A stretch of 64,000 bases of DNA, taken from NCBI GenBank assembly GCA_030390025.1, contig CM059432.1, positions 88,476,001 to 88,540,000 of the forward strand. The letters run 5' to 3'. The translations under genes and the position numbers were made by a program. The stretch is from Squalus acanthias (taxonomy: Eukaryota). Every line of letters starts with the position of its first letter. The stretch's first letter is position 1. Of the stretch, positions 35,377 to 47,852 are shown piece by piece. The notes below the pieces were generated by a model, which was not told the origin of the DNA, made no database searches, and was given only the letters and a program-made list of their open reading frames with translations.

Positions 35377-36052
35377 TGTTAGAACTTGCTTCTGTGTCGA
35401 ACTTGCTTCTGGTGTCCCATCATATCCCTAAGCCATTGTCTGATTAGGATAGGCTAATATTAGAGATTAGTCAGGACAATGGAAGTAGCAACTAGCAGAC
35501 ATGTTGGCTACATCCCATGTGAGGTGCAAGTATCAGGTATTGGCCAGAACAATGGAAGCAGCCAAGCAGTGTCACATTAACTATCTGGGATTGCCTGGAT
35601 CGCCCTGTTCCTTTTGTAATATTAAGGTAGGATGTCAGGTTAAACTGATTAATAACAGTTAAACCATCAAGATGGCTATTATGTCAAGTCTGGAGGTTTG
35701 GTGAGAAGGAACCTCGCTTCAATATACATTCTGGGCATCATGTGATATGACTCACGTTAAAGGGGGAGGGTACTTTAAGGAGGCTGGAAGGTTTTTGAGC
35801 ATGTGACAGATGACAAAAGAGGGATACAAAAGAACAGGTAGTTAGAGCTCACGGGACGGTCGGAAGTCCAACACCTACGGAGGCCAAGCTTGATCAGCTT
35901 GGGTCTGCAGGAAACCAGGTTGTATGAGTCTATTGTATAACCGTAATAGTTATTATACTATTGGTGTCTGAGTAATAAACTTGCATTTGGACAATATACT
36001 CGAACCTGACTCACGAGGAATCATTTAATTGAGTTTAAGAGATTTCCTTACA
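35377..36052 (+). repeat. 3' LTR (676 bp)
   Basis: TG...CA termini, AATAAA at 35974-35979, followed by TSD CACAC. Confidence 0.92.
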
Positions 36053-36396
36053 CACACAACTCAGATGATGACCTCAATGAGGCGGCCTTCAGATGAAGGG
36101 TGATGGGCAGAAATACTAGGTGCAATGGCAAGCCTGCTAGAGACACTCATGTCAGTGTCAAGGAACATGGAGGAGTCCGGCTCCAACATTGCACGGGGCT
36201 TTGCACAAAGCTTGGAGTCCATGATTTCCAGGATGAAAATGATGGGCGACACCATGAGAGACCTTGTGGATCCAACCATGATGCTGCTTGTGATGGGCAA
36301 TGTCGCAACTTCCACTGCAGCACAGGCGGAAGTGACCCAACATCTCAGTGCTGCAGTGGAAGCTCAGACTTCTGACATTGTGGCTGGGTTTACGAG

Positions 36397-36558
36397 CAAT
36401 GCTCCCTTTAAGCTGCGTGGCCGCGCATCGCTCTGGAGGTCCTGCAAAGCTGGCTCACTGGCTTTTAAGGGAAAAACCGCACAGGCGCGGAATTTTGAAT
36501 GGGCAGTGCAGCTTGTTAAAGGGGCAGCGAGTCCCCCCAAAAATTAGAGGGAACATTG
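36397..36558. mobile_element. hAT-type MITE (162 bp)
   Basis: TIR CAATGCTCCCT / AGGGAACATTG; 8-bp TSD TTTACGAG / TTTACGAA. Confidence 0.8.
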
Positions 36559-37175
36559 TTTACGAATGTGGAAAGGGACTTGCAGGGTCTCACAGTACTC
36601 CAGCAATCGGTCCCCCAACAGATGGCTAGGAATGAGGCGCTGCCCCGGGGGACTGGCAGTGGCTCCATGGAGCAAGAACCTGCTGTCCTCTCTCAGGAAG
36701 CCAGCCTTCATCCTCCCACCACTGCCACTCCGCCAATGCCCTTGTTGCTGCCTGTTATCCAGCCAGCCCAGACTGCGCTGCCCATGCCGAGGTGGTGCTG
36801 TATACAGCCGGGTCTTCTCGGCCCAGAGCTGCTCGAAGTCATCCTGCAAGGCCATCCGCAGTTTCCCCCCCCCCCCCCCCCCGCCGCCCCCCCACCACTG
36901 AAAGTCAGCAGCCTTCCCCCAGCCAAGATGCAGCCACTGGGGGAGCACTTCATAGGAGCACTAGAGTAGAAAAGCAACATGAAAGACAGACACTAAGGGA
37001 ATGTACAAAAGTGATTAGTTGACATTGTTGGTTTGATTTGGAATTGATAAATTTATAAATTATGTTTGGAATGTTTGTTTTCTGGTGGCTCTCATTTCAG
37101 CTTTGATGCTGCAATATTCCATGACAGGGATGGTAAGAAGGGGAAGTGGTGAGCAACAGGGATCTGGGGTTTCAT

Positions 37176-38619
37176 TCACTGGAATCGAAGTCTGATGAGG
37201 TGCTCATGGACAGCCCGTCCAGAATGGGGATCTGCTGCCTGCCTCCTCCCTTCCTCCTCCTCCTCCTCCTCCTCCTCCTCCTCTTCCTTTTCCTCCTCCT
37301 CCTCCTCTTCCTTCTCCTGAGGTGGTCCCGGAACCTGTGGTGGCAAGGGCAGCACCCTCATGATGGCCAAGTTATGGAACATGCAGCAGGCTACCACGAA
37401 TTGGGACATCCGCTCCGGTGAATACTGGAAGGCTCCTCCAGAGCGGTCAAGGCAGCGGAACCTTTGCTTTAGCACCCCGAAGCTCTGCTCGATGAGGTTC
37501 CTTGTGGCAGCATGGCTCTCATTACATGATTGCTGGCCACAAGTGGTGGGCTTGTAGAGGGGAGTCATCAACTAGGTGCAGAGCGGATAGCCCATGTCTC
37601 CAAGCAGCAAACCTTGGGTTTGACCTGGTGGCTGGAAGATTGCTGGCACAGTGGACTGGCGCAGGATGAAGGCATCGTGACTGCTGCCAGGATCCCGGCA
37701 TTCACCATCATGATGCGCTGAGCGTGCTTGCACACCAACTGCACATTAAGTGAGTGGTACCCTTTGAGGTTATGGAACATCTCAGGATTGATATGCAGTG
37801 CCCGCAAAGCCACATGTGTGCAGTCGATGGCACCCTGCACCATAGGGAAGCCCAATATCCAGGCAAAGCCACGTGTGTGCTCATTCTGCTTCAGAGAGAA
37901 GACAATAAAGTCCCTTCTCCTGGAGTTTTTTTTTATTCGTTCCTGGGATGTGGGCATTGCTGGCAAGGCCAGCATTTATTGCCCATCCCTAATTTTCCTT
38001 GAGAAGGTGGTGTTGAGCTGCCTTCTTAAACCGCTGCAGTCCTTGTTGTGAAGTTACTTCCACAGTACTGTTAGGGAGGGACTTCCAGGATTTTGACCCA
38101 GTGACGATGAAGGAACGGCGATATATTTCCAAGTCAGGATGGTGTGTAACTTGGAGGGGAACTTGCAGGTGATGGTGTTCCCATGCACCTGCTGCCCTTG
38201 TCACAGAGCCTCTGTGACCTCCCGGATGCAGCGATGAATGGCAAATTGGGAGATGTTTGCTATGTCTCCTGCTCCAAACTGGAAGGATCCGGTGGTGAAA
38301 AAATTGAGGGCAACAGTGACCTTTAGGGCCATTGGCAGTGCCATTGTTACCCTACTCTGAGGCTGCAGGTCTGGTTGCAGGAGGTAGCAGAGTTCTGTGA
38401 CCATGTCTTTGGTGAAGCGGAGCCTCCTAATACACTGCTCTTGACTTAAGTACAGGTAGAAGTGCTCTTGGAACACCCTAGGTGAGTAAGGCCTCCTGCT
38501 GAGAGCTCTCCTGCCCCTGCTCCTCCTCCCTCTGCGAGCATCTTGTCCTTTTCTTCGCTGCCTCGCTCCATCTCCCTGTAATACTCGAGTGCGTGGGGGA
38601 CTGCATGCAGAGCCCCCAT
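37176..38619 (-). pseudogene. HARBI1-like transposase interrupted by a LINE 3' fragment
   Basis: [60 protein letters not shown] and a poly-Glu tail. Confidence 0.9.
37926..38202 (-). mobile_element. LINE 3' end fragment (same family as ~4135-4390)
   Basis: SFIVTGSKSWKSLP...LQRFKKAAQHHLLK, AATAAA and a poly-A tail. Confidence 0.7.
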
Positions 38620-39483
38620 GACTGGGAGCAAGTGGTGTGAGCAGAACCCTTTTAAATGAGAATGAAGGCCTTCTCCACTTGCAGCATCACTCTCTTTCAC
38701 CTCAGCAACTTTAAACTCTAGAAAGCTCCAAACAGTTGCACAAACTTAAACAGAGCCAGCAGAAATGGAAAAGCAAATCAGCTGCAAGTTGTTGCTGATC
38801 CTTTAAAGAGCACTGGTGGGGGGTCCTTTCTGCTGCTGAACACATAGTCAACTGGTTGTGATTAGGAGAGGGTGTTAAATGGAGCGGCGACGTCCAAAAT
38901 GGCAGATCAACGTTGCACACTCATTGACATCACGGCTTGCCTCATTTCCATTTCTGTAGCAAACGCAGACAATGGCAGCGCTGCCGACCTGCCCAAAATG
39001 GCGGCCTACGCGGGACCTGCGGGAGCGGGTGAAAGCGAGGTGGCGCCATTTTTTCTTCCTCTCGGTTCGGGAGCAATTTTATCCACAGGGTCTTTGGATA
39101 CAATGCTACTAGCTGGGTAATCAGCAAGCCCAGTCAATAGCATAGCTTCCACAGTTCGACGGCTCCAGATCAGCTTTGAGACTGGTTTAAAGTTGCAATT
39201 CCTAGACGTTATTTTGGGGAAAGGGTGAAAGCAGGAGTTAAGTAGGTGCTGTGCTAATAAGACACGCCTGTTTGAAAGTCTGGTTTTAGCGCACAATTTT
39301 GAGGCTAATTGGTGATTACCATGATTTAACCGTGCCTGCAGGTGCTAAAACAGACACCGACAGGTTTAGCACTCGAGCACTGATTAGAAGCAATTTTCGT
39401 GAAGCAGTATATGCAGCCTCCGTGCAATCACTTCCACTGAAGGTGTGGAGTGCGCTGGCTGACACACAACGGAATGTTTCAGG

Positions 39484-41010
39484 ATGGCTCAGGGACCAAG
39501 GGAGAGGGCTCACAGGTTCTCGAATGCGGCACTTGGGGTCCTGGTGAAGGAGGTCCAGAGGAGGAGGGATGTCCTGGACCCGCAGGGGGGAAGGATGCCA
39601 CAGATGGAGGTAAAGTGGCGGATGTGGGAGGAGATTGCCCAGGAGGGAACAGCCAGGAGTGCTGCCCCCAGGAGATGGCTCCAGTGCTGCAAGAAATTTA
39701 ACGAGTTGTCACGAGTGGTCAGGGTAAGATCCCATCTCATAAACCCACTGCTCAATAACTGCACTACCACCACCAGCATCACAACTTCAACATCTTGCAT
39801 CCACCATCGAGCAATACACTGACATTCACACACCCCACACTATTGCATCCTTCACAGGCACTACTCGCACCTCAGACACATCTCACAGCTTTTCAACCAT
39901 GTGAGGCATCACACACACACACACATACACACACACACACACACACACAGACCTAATCTTTCCTGAAAATACACTCATTCATAATCACCACTCTTTCTCT
40001 TCCAGGACAAGATAGCACATAACAGGTGCCAGCAAGACCTGACCAGGGGAGGGGAAGCATGCCTGTATTATATCACTCCCCTTGAGGAGGCAGTGCTGGT
40101 GGTGATTGGGAGGGGAGTAGCAGACGCCGTGGCCACAGGCAGAGCAGGGAGCGGGTCGCCTAGAGGTATGTGCCCAGCTTCCTTACGTATCCACAGATAT
40201 TCCTGATCCCTAATCCCCCAAACCTATCCTCACTCCCAAGCTCCATATGGTCTAATCACACACATCCTCCTATAGTGGCCAAATGCACTGCACCCTAACC
40301 CTTCTAGCTTTATCATTGCAGGCTCCCAGGAGCAAGATCCACCTCGCACACTCCCCCCGGGGAAAGTCCAAGGGGAGCAAAAGCCACATCGACCCCCCCC
40401 AGAGGAAGAGAAGGGGGAGGAGGAGAGCGAGGAAGATGGCACTGCGTCAATCGCTACCATTGTTGCAGGCACCAGCTCAGAGACCACAGCACACATAACT
40501 TAGTGGCTAGGGTCTAAGAGGGATCCTCACAGTGGGAAGCACAGGGCACTAGTGGGCAGCAGCCTGGCCGGGTGGAAGGAACACCACAGGTGCCACTTTG
40601 CCAGGGGGCAAGGTCCCATACTAGTTACTAAGGGATTAGACCATATGGATACTAGTTCTGCTGTAGAGGAGTCAGATGAGGACCTCGCTGGGCCAAGCTT
40701 CAGAAGAAGGCTGATGGGTTTGACAAACCAAATGCTTGGTGCAATGGAGAGCCTGCCTGAAAGCTCACGGATCGTGGCTAGGGGGACGGAGGAGACCACT
40801 TTCAGCTTGGCCTGTGGCTTAACAGAAAGCTTGGAACCCATCCTATCCAGAGTGGATAGGCTGGCCAATGGCATCCATCAACTTGCTGAGCACGACATCA
40901 TGAAACGTCTGATGTCTAAGGTCGCAGGTTTCATTGCAGTCATTGCAGCTTCCATTGCACTATTTGCATCTTCCATGGAAAGACAAAGTGCTGCAATTAG
41001 ATGGCGATGA
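39484..41010 (+). pseudogene. Three-exon Myb/SANT-like gene (39484-39723, 40006-40165, 40322-~41010)
   Basis: RFSNAALGVLV...WEEIAQ...WLQCCKKFNEL with GT-AG introns; exon 3 SDEDL...FRRRLMG is homologous to the other copies. Confidence 0.85.
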
Positions 41011-41488
41011 GCATCCTTCCCAAGTGCGGGCTGTCTACCAAGAACCCTCTGGTGCTCCCCCTGGTCATCTCCTCTTCCCCCTCCTCCTCAACCTCCTCCT
41101 CCTCGTCTTCATCCTCCTCCTCTTGTGGCTCTAAGCTTGACCCTCTGGGACAATTGCGGGTGGTAATGGCTGGTCTCTCATGATCATCACATTGTGGAGC
41201 ATGCAGAAAGTCAGAACAAATCTGGAGCGCACCTCGTCCTCCTGTCCTTCTTTCCTGCAGCAGCTGGTGCTGATCTGCCTGGCCTCATCTCTTCCACCCA
41301 TTTCTCCTCCAGACCAAGGGGACCCCTAGCAAGATCCCTATGACCAAGGATTCTCTTTCTCCTGGTGACTCCTATAAGGTCTTCAATAAGGTAGAGTAGC
41401 ACATGACTCACTCTCTTTAGGTGAAGTCCTCAGAGAATTTCCAGAATGTTGATAGAGTGTTAGTGAAGTTTTGACAATGTGCCCCAGA

Positions 41489-42258
41489 TGCCGTGAAATT
41501 CAATATGTTAGCGCCTCCCGTTAGCGCCTGGCGGGGGTGCTAACGGGGCACTAAGGGGTTAGCGCTCGGGTGCTGCGAATGCAACGACGCCCGCGAACTT
41601 CAGTGCCGGTTTAGTGCTGGTGCTAACTCTTGACGCCTGGGCCTCTAGCACCTCGCAGATCGTGAGGTCATAAAGTGCGCAGCGCCCCGTTATTGCCCCG
41701 CATGGAAAATTGACTCTCGCCCCTGCTTTATCGCCTCGCGTTGACAACGGCAGCAAGAGGAGGCATTGTGAACTCGGCTGGCCGCTTCGTGAGCGGTAAT
41801 TAAATGGAATGCTTTTCAGCTAGTGCAACCTTTATTATTTGCACCAGTCTGGTGCCTGCGCAAATTTTTTACTGTTTCATTGGCGCAAGATGTCCAAGCC
41901 CTCCACTTTGTGAGAGTGTTTGGGGCTGTAATGGCAGTCGCCCAGGTCGCCTTGCAACACAGAACTGATGACAACTAGCTTGTGCAGCATCATTGGCCCT
42001 TCCCTTTAAGTGAAGGAAGCAGCCTCTGTGATGAAAGAGTGCCGTTTACAATTCACTCAAAATTGTTTAGTGCTCCGCCGCTACCGGACTTTAGCGCCCT
42101 AAGAGAAGTGGATAACACTTGATTTAGCGCTCCACTTCCTCTTGGAGCACTGAAACTGAATTTTGCGGGAGGCGAGAATGATTAGCGCCTGGCGCTAATT
42201 TTTCCAACTTTTAAAGTTTTAGCGCCCCAATTGGGGCTATACCGAATTTCTCCCCCCC
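41489..42258. mobile_element. Harbinger-type MITE related to 13109-14001
   Basis: GAAATTC...CCTCCCGTTAGCGCC at the left and GAATTTCTCCCCC at the right. Confidence 0.75.
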
Positions 42259-43224
42259 TAGAAAGTCTCCCGCCTGGTCAGTCAATCTCCAGCAGCAAGT
42301 GAACAGTGAAAGCTGAGCATGGCTTTAAGTAGCTCTAGAAATCCTCAGCAACGACTTGTTTATTCATGTTCAGCTGGTTGCTGTTAGGAGAGGTTGTTAA
42401 TTGAAGTGCTACCCACCAAAATGCTGTGCAGCCTCTTTAATGAGCACTAGCAGGCAATTTATTTGTCAATCAGAGCCGTAACAATCCTCAGGGTGGCTTT
42501 GTCAAGACTTCACCAATGCTCTATCAACATATATTTGAGAAATTCTTTGAGAATTTTACCTATAGAGAGGGAGTGCTGTGCTACTCTACCTTATTGGACA
42601 CTTTATAGGAGTCACCAGGAGAAAGGGAGTGCTTGGTCATGGGTATCTTGCTAGGGGTCCCCTTGGTCTGCAGGAGGAATGGGTGGAGGACATGAGGCCA
42701 GGCAGAGTAGCAGCAGCTGCTGCAGGAGAGAGGAACAGGAGGGTGAGGTGGGCACCTTCCAGCCCCGCCACCTGCCTACCCACCGTGGGTACAGGACATC
42801 CTTCCTCCTTGAAAATTGCTGCTAATCAGTGCTTGAGTGCTAAACCTACAGGCATCTGTTTTAGCGCCTCCAGGCAAGTTCAAATCATGGTAATCAGCAA
42901 TTAGCCCCAAAATTGCAGGCTGAAATCAGACTTTCAAACAGGCGTGTCTTCCAAGCACAGCATCCAATTAGTGCCTGTTTTCACTGTTTCACCAAAATAA
43001 CCCCTATAATCTTTTTCTCACCACAATAAACATCTGAACCACTTGGACTGCTGTAGTATCAAGATCTCTGCGTATCAGTAGTAGTCTGGTGTCTTTTCTA
43101 TAGTATTGTCTTTTCTATAGTACTTTGGTAAGAATCCACTTCTCTCAGCTGTCCTGCATTATCACTGTTATATGGTTTTAATTTTGCTTTAAGCTTATTT
43201 GCTCATATATTTTAATATCTGTTT

Positions 43225-43637
43225 GCTGATCTACATTGGCTCCCGGTTAAGCAGTGCCTCGATTTCAAAATTCTCATCCTCGCCCCTCCCTATCTCTGTA
43301 ATGTCCTTCAGCCCCACAACCCCCCGAGATATCTACACTCCTCTAATTCTGCCCTCTTGAGCATCCCTGATTATAATCGCTCAACCATTGGAGCCTTCTG
43401 TTGTCTAGGCCCTAAGCTCTGGAATTCCCTCCCTAAATCTCACCGTCTCGCTACCTCTCTTTCCTCCTTTAAGATGCTCCTTAAAACCTACCTCTTTGAC
43501 CAAGCTTTTGGTCACCTGCCCTAATTTATCCTTATGTGGCTCGGTGTCAAATTTTTTGTCTTATAATACTCCTGTGCAGCGCCTTGGGACGTTTTACTAT
43601 GTTAAAGGCGCTATATAAATACAAGTTGTTGTTGTTG
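43225..43637 (+). mobile_element. L2 LINE 3' end
   Basis: ADLHWLPVKQ, AAAGGCGCTATATAAAT and a (GTT)n tail. Confidence 0.85.
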
Positions 43638-44015
43638 ACAGTCCTGTGATCAAGCCAATACTTTTTTTAGTTTGCACTCAGTTTTCTGTTACAGTTAGTT
43701 CACAGTTGGGCTGTAGATTATGGATCACAATCACCATTGCATCTTATTTCAGTTTCCCTAATTGCAATTCAATTTATATCTGTTCTAAATAGCGAGGAAT
43801 CCCATATATCCCTGTCTTACACCAGTTCTAATCCAACTAGATCACCTTTTCCTTTTATCTAACACTTATTTTCATAAAGTAAAAGGATTGCTATATCACA
43901 TTTTTTGGCCTAGAATGTATAATATCTGTTATACATCTCAGCATTGTTGCAAGTTCAGCTTTTAACATTTCACTTGATGATTGATCAATTCATTCTGTCC
44001 AATTTCTACAATATT

Positions 44016-44772
44016 GGGCCGGATTTTCCGATCCTGCGTGCGGATGCCTCCGATTGGGAAAAATCTACGCACTTACCTGCTGGCTCCATAGGTCCTGACA
44101 CTTCCGATCCTGGGCCTCTCCTGGTCCGCATGCGCAGAGGCCCAGGTATCCCAGGGGCGCAGGCGGTTCGCAAGTGTCCCTGGGATCACGTGGGCCATGG
44201 GGAACCAATCAAAGAAGGGAATCCCCCTTCACACTTTTGATAGGTCTCTTCGCGCAGATCTGTCAAAAGTATGAATGGGGATCACTCAAAAAACACACTA
44301 AAACATTAAATAATTTTTTTTAAATCATGTATTTAAAATTAGTTAAAATTATATTAAATTAAATATTTTAAACAAAAATTTAATTTTTTGAAAAAATAAT
44401 TAAAGTTTTTTACGGGGCTAAAAATAAACTTCCTTTTTTAAAAGTATTTTTAAATTATAAATGAGTGAAAAATTTTTTTTTTTTAACTTTTTGAAACTCT
44501 TATGCTGGTAAAAGCAGGCCTTATGCCTGCTTTTACCAGGTGTAAGATTTTTAAAGGTATTCAGTGGGCGGAGGTTCTGCAGAAAGCGGAACTCTCCCCT
44601 CGCAGAGGCCCTTCTCCAGGGCAGGCGTGCGATCTGTCAAGAGAATTCTTGACAGATCGGAAATGCCGGTTTTCAGTGCATGCGCTTCGCATGTCTGAAA
44701 CCGGCACTTGCGAGGTCCCTACGGGCGTGTACACACCTCGTACACACCCGTAGGGATCGGAAAATACGGGCC
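44016..44772. mobile_element. Harbinger-type MITE (757 bp)
   Basis: TIR GGGCCGGATTTTCCGATCC / GGATCGGAAAATACGGGCC; TSD ATT (44013-44015, 44773-44775). Confidence 0.85.
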
Positions 44773-47255
44773 ATTAAATATCCCTAACATCACCTTTATT
44801 CTGATTTGCAACACATCTTCCAGTAGTTCTAGTCTTGCCTTTTGCTCTTAAATGAGGTGGTGACCTTGAATCAGGGTGGTTAAGTACTTCTTGGAATTGT
44901 TTTGCCCTCCGCATTGAGAACTTGTTTACTTTTCACGGACACTGATTTCTGGACATTGATTGTGTAATAAGTTGTTTCATTAACTTTTATAGTCTTGATA
45001 GAATTCTGGGCAGCTGCTCTCTGCTCCTCATCTTTTTTCACACTTTTATACAATTTTTACCCTTACACCCCTCGGCATCATTTAGAGATCTATAAAGCGT
45101 TCCTTTACTAACCTCAATTCTTAATCCTTTTTCGTTCTTCAATTAGGTTCCATTGCTATTGGCTTATCACTACTCTTTAAGTGGCCCCTGTAGCAAAGAA
45201 CTGTTTTTCCATCAAGGCTTTAAATTGGTTCCACTTCTCAATCTCTGTTTTCCTAGAGATGTAGCTGGAACTGTTCACTTATAAGTGGATCTTTCAATCT
45301 GTTGAAATCATATGGCAGTCAAGAGCACTTGAATTAGTTTCTTTTCTTTATATTGGTCTTAGTTATTACCAGATAGTGGTCACTTCTAATGTCTGATCCT
45401 TTATATGATCAGACGTCTTATAGAGATTTACACCACTTAGCTCCGATACTCAATCTGATTTCTGGTTACACTTTCTGGAAACCTAGGCATGATAATCTGG
45501 ATATCTTTGTGTGCAAAATAGGTTCACCAATTATTAATTTCCAGCAGAAAAAAGCTCTTACTGTTTTCACTTATCTTACCAATGTTGTATGCATCAGTTC
45601 CTTCTTCAAATGTCATGCTTTCTGTCCCAGTTTTTCAATTCAGATCTCCAGTGACCATAAGTTTGTCATGATTTGATATGTTGCTATATATAAATCATCA
45701 GTCAGCTTGTCATAAAAATGTTGTTTCTCTTGCTCAAAACTCTTACTTGGTGGAGCATAACATTCTGCTAATGCAAGTTTTCCAATGGCTGGTGATGAAT
45801 TTTACTGTGGTAATTTGATCATTCAATGGATTCCACTCCCTTAATGCTTTTGCAGTTAATTGATTGAGAAGAATAGCTATGCACTGGCCATGTCTATTAT
45901 CTGTTCTCTTACAATGAAATGCAATCTTATGGTAACTGTTCTAGTTCATTGACTTTTGCTTATACCTTGGATATCTGATCAGTAAGTATCCATGACCCTG
46001 AGGAGTTCGAAGGGAGTAAGGGTAAAAACTGTAGATGATGTGTTCAAAGTGTTTAAATCGTAGAATCTAACTTATTAATACTTTTTTAACCAGGAACAGA
46101 CTTTGCAGGTATATTCTTTTCCATATCTATCAATTTATATTTCACATGAAGCTGCAGTGAATTGATTTTTCAGATACTGGCAACTTTTGCTGAAGAAGAT
46201 TGGCCTGTGTAAAACCACGTTCAAGATGTGGGGAGGGCGGCTTAAAATATTCTAATAGAAATCAGTATTAGGATTATTACAGTTTACATTCAAATTCTTT
46301 ACACCTGTGCTTTCTTAATCTGTGATTACAAAGAACTGGTACAGAAAATATAGATTAGTATGATTATACAGATTATATTCTTAATTTTTTATAATAAATT
46401 AAGAAATTAATGGAATTTCAAAGTGGATGTTCCGAAAGCAGAAAAAAGACAATTATTTGAAACTATACTTTGGTAGCAGTATTCCAATTTTATAGACTAG
46501 GCTGTCTGTACTAACAAGTGGATTTTTAGTATCCTAGCAGTTACATATAATGCATCATATTAAGTATCACATAAACCATACACATTCACACTATAGAGAA
46601 AGTAATCACCATCTGACTACCTCAGACGGTGGTGAAAGGACAAAAGAGGTCATGAACTATGGGGTGGTAGTGTGGGGAGAGAACTGCCTTGTACTTGAGC
46701 CAACTGTAACTATGGCCTGAATATGTGCCAAGTTCTTTGTTGAGCTCAAGCAAGTACTGATGGCACAGTCAAGGCATCAGATGCCCACTGAGTACACAAA
46801 AATCTTGTAAACCCGATCACAGCATTACATGGACACAGCCTTCCATCCCCTTTAAATGGAGACAGCATGCCGAGGGAGATATGCTCAAACATTCTAACCT
46901 TATACCTTTTCATCCGACAACTCCAGCAAAGCTACAACAGCTAACTGAGGAGGAGAAGCACCAGGAGGAAGAGGCAGAGGGCCTGGGCCTCCACATCCCC
47001 GTAGGTCTCCATGAGGAGGATAATGAGGAGGAAGCATAAGACCAGGGCACTATTCTTCTGACCTCATCTAAGAATACACTCTCTTTGCCAGCTCAAAGCA
47101 CCTCTGACTTAACAGAAGTGTTACCTGGCTCACCTGTTCCTGCATCTATACAGAGACAGGCTCCCAGGGACAGACAGTTAGGTGGAGCCAGGTAAGCTTA
47201 CCAGCTGAGTCTGATAGTTTGGGGACAAATAATAGAGTGGAAGTGGGGAAAGTAT

Positions 47256-47852
47256 TTGGCCATTTCTTCACAGAGACAGAGTAGAAGGTGGCCAAGGATT
47301 GAAGAGTCATGGAACCCAGAACTTGTGGGTTCTCAATTTAATAGATGCATGTTCCAGGAAGAAGAAAGATACGTGAATGTTCTGGGGATCATCACCTGTG
47401 ATTTGCAGCAACTCACAGGGTTGTTTACAGTGCCCACAGCTCTGATAAGTAGTAACATCATGGAGAACGTGCTTGCTCTTTATGTACAGAAACAGCAAGT
47501 GGCAGCTGCAGATCCTCAGATAGGAGGCAGACAGGAACCAGTCAGGGCCTCCAACTCCATGGAAGCTCAGACAGCAGCTTTGGCAGCATTGTGGAACAGA
47601 TTGGAAGGCACTTTCAATCATGCCTTCCAGTGTCTGACTAATGCACTGACTCAGGGTTTCCAGGATTTGGTGGCCGCCATCACACCAGCCATCCAGCCAG
47701 TGTCTGGGGCCACAGATCCAGGGTCAAGTGGAAGGATGGCCATTGCACCCCAAGAGCCCGATGTTGCCAACTCTCAGTTCAGCAGCACTTGCCAGAGCTT
47801 CAGCCTTTGCCCTCAGACCATCACACCAGTGCAACATAGCAGGCAAGACTAG
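47256..47852 (+). pseudogene. Orphan ORF homologous to 6030-6386, probably a Harbinger accessory-gene exon
   Basis: Protein-level similarity to ORF 6030-6386; an acidic-coding segment lies upstream at about 46940-47040. Confidence 0.45.

Larger units (their letters stand above)
21564..36052 (+). mobile_element. Endogenous retrovirus (lokiretrovirus-like), degenerate provirus
   Basis: Paired LTRs starting TGTTAGAACTTG, 3' end TTACA, TSD CACAC (21559-21563, 36053-36057), gag-pro-RT-RH-RH-IN-env order, and a PPT before the 3' LTR. Confidence 0.92.
20498..37020 (+). pseudogene. Three-exon Myb/SANT-like gene; exons ..20712, 20997-21159, 21295-21563 + 36058-~37020
   Basis: RFSDAALEALV...WEEIAE...WIQCCKKFNDL with GT-AG introns. 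Exon 3 rejoins across the provirus and matches the uninterrupted paralogue at 55921-55960. Confidence 0.85.
20496..39086. mobile_element. PIF/Harbinger transposon (left end lost) that hosts the provirus
   Basis: A Myb/SANT gene (+) split by the provirus, and a convergent HARBI1-like transposase (-) at 37176-38619. The right boundary is approximate. Confidence 0.8.
39205..43004. mobile_element. Rearranged Harbinger element with ~200-bp terminal inverted repeats
   Basis: 39205-39405 is inverted relative to 42808-43004. Contains a Myb gene (+), transposase remnants and a nested MITE. Confidence 0.75.

Noticed and set aside
21564..36052. Foamy virus assignment based on YVDD / LPQGF.NSP
   Set aside because: Gag has a CCHC knuckle, which foamy Gag lacks. 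There are no accessory ORFs between env and the 3' LTR, and the LTR is short. Not formally excluded without a tree.
37240..37320. (CCT)n repeat or Leu-rich ORF 37146-37421
   Set aside because: It is the antisense of the poly-Glu tail of the transposase.
39909..39950. (CA)n tract
   Set aside because: Ordinary microsatellite in an intron of a transposon gene.
46085..46240. Possible micro-exon and acceptor sites
   Set aside because: No convincing reading frame or recognisable protein; such motifs arise by chance in AT-rich DNA.
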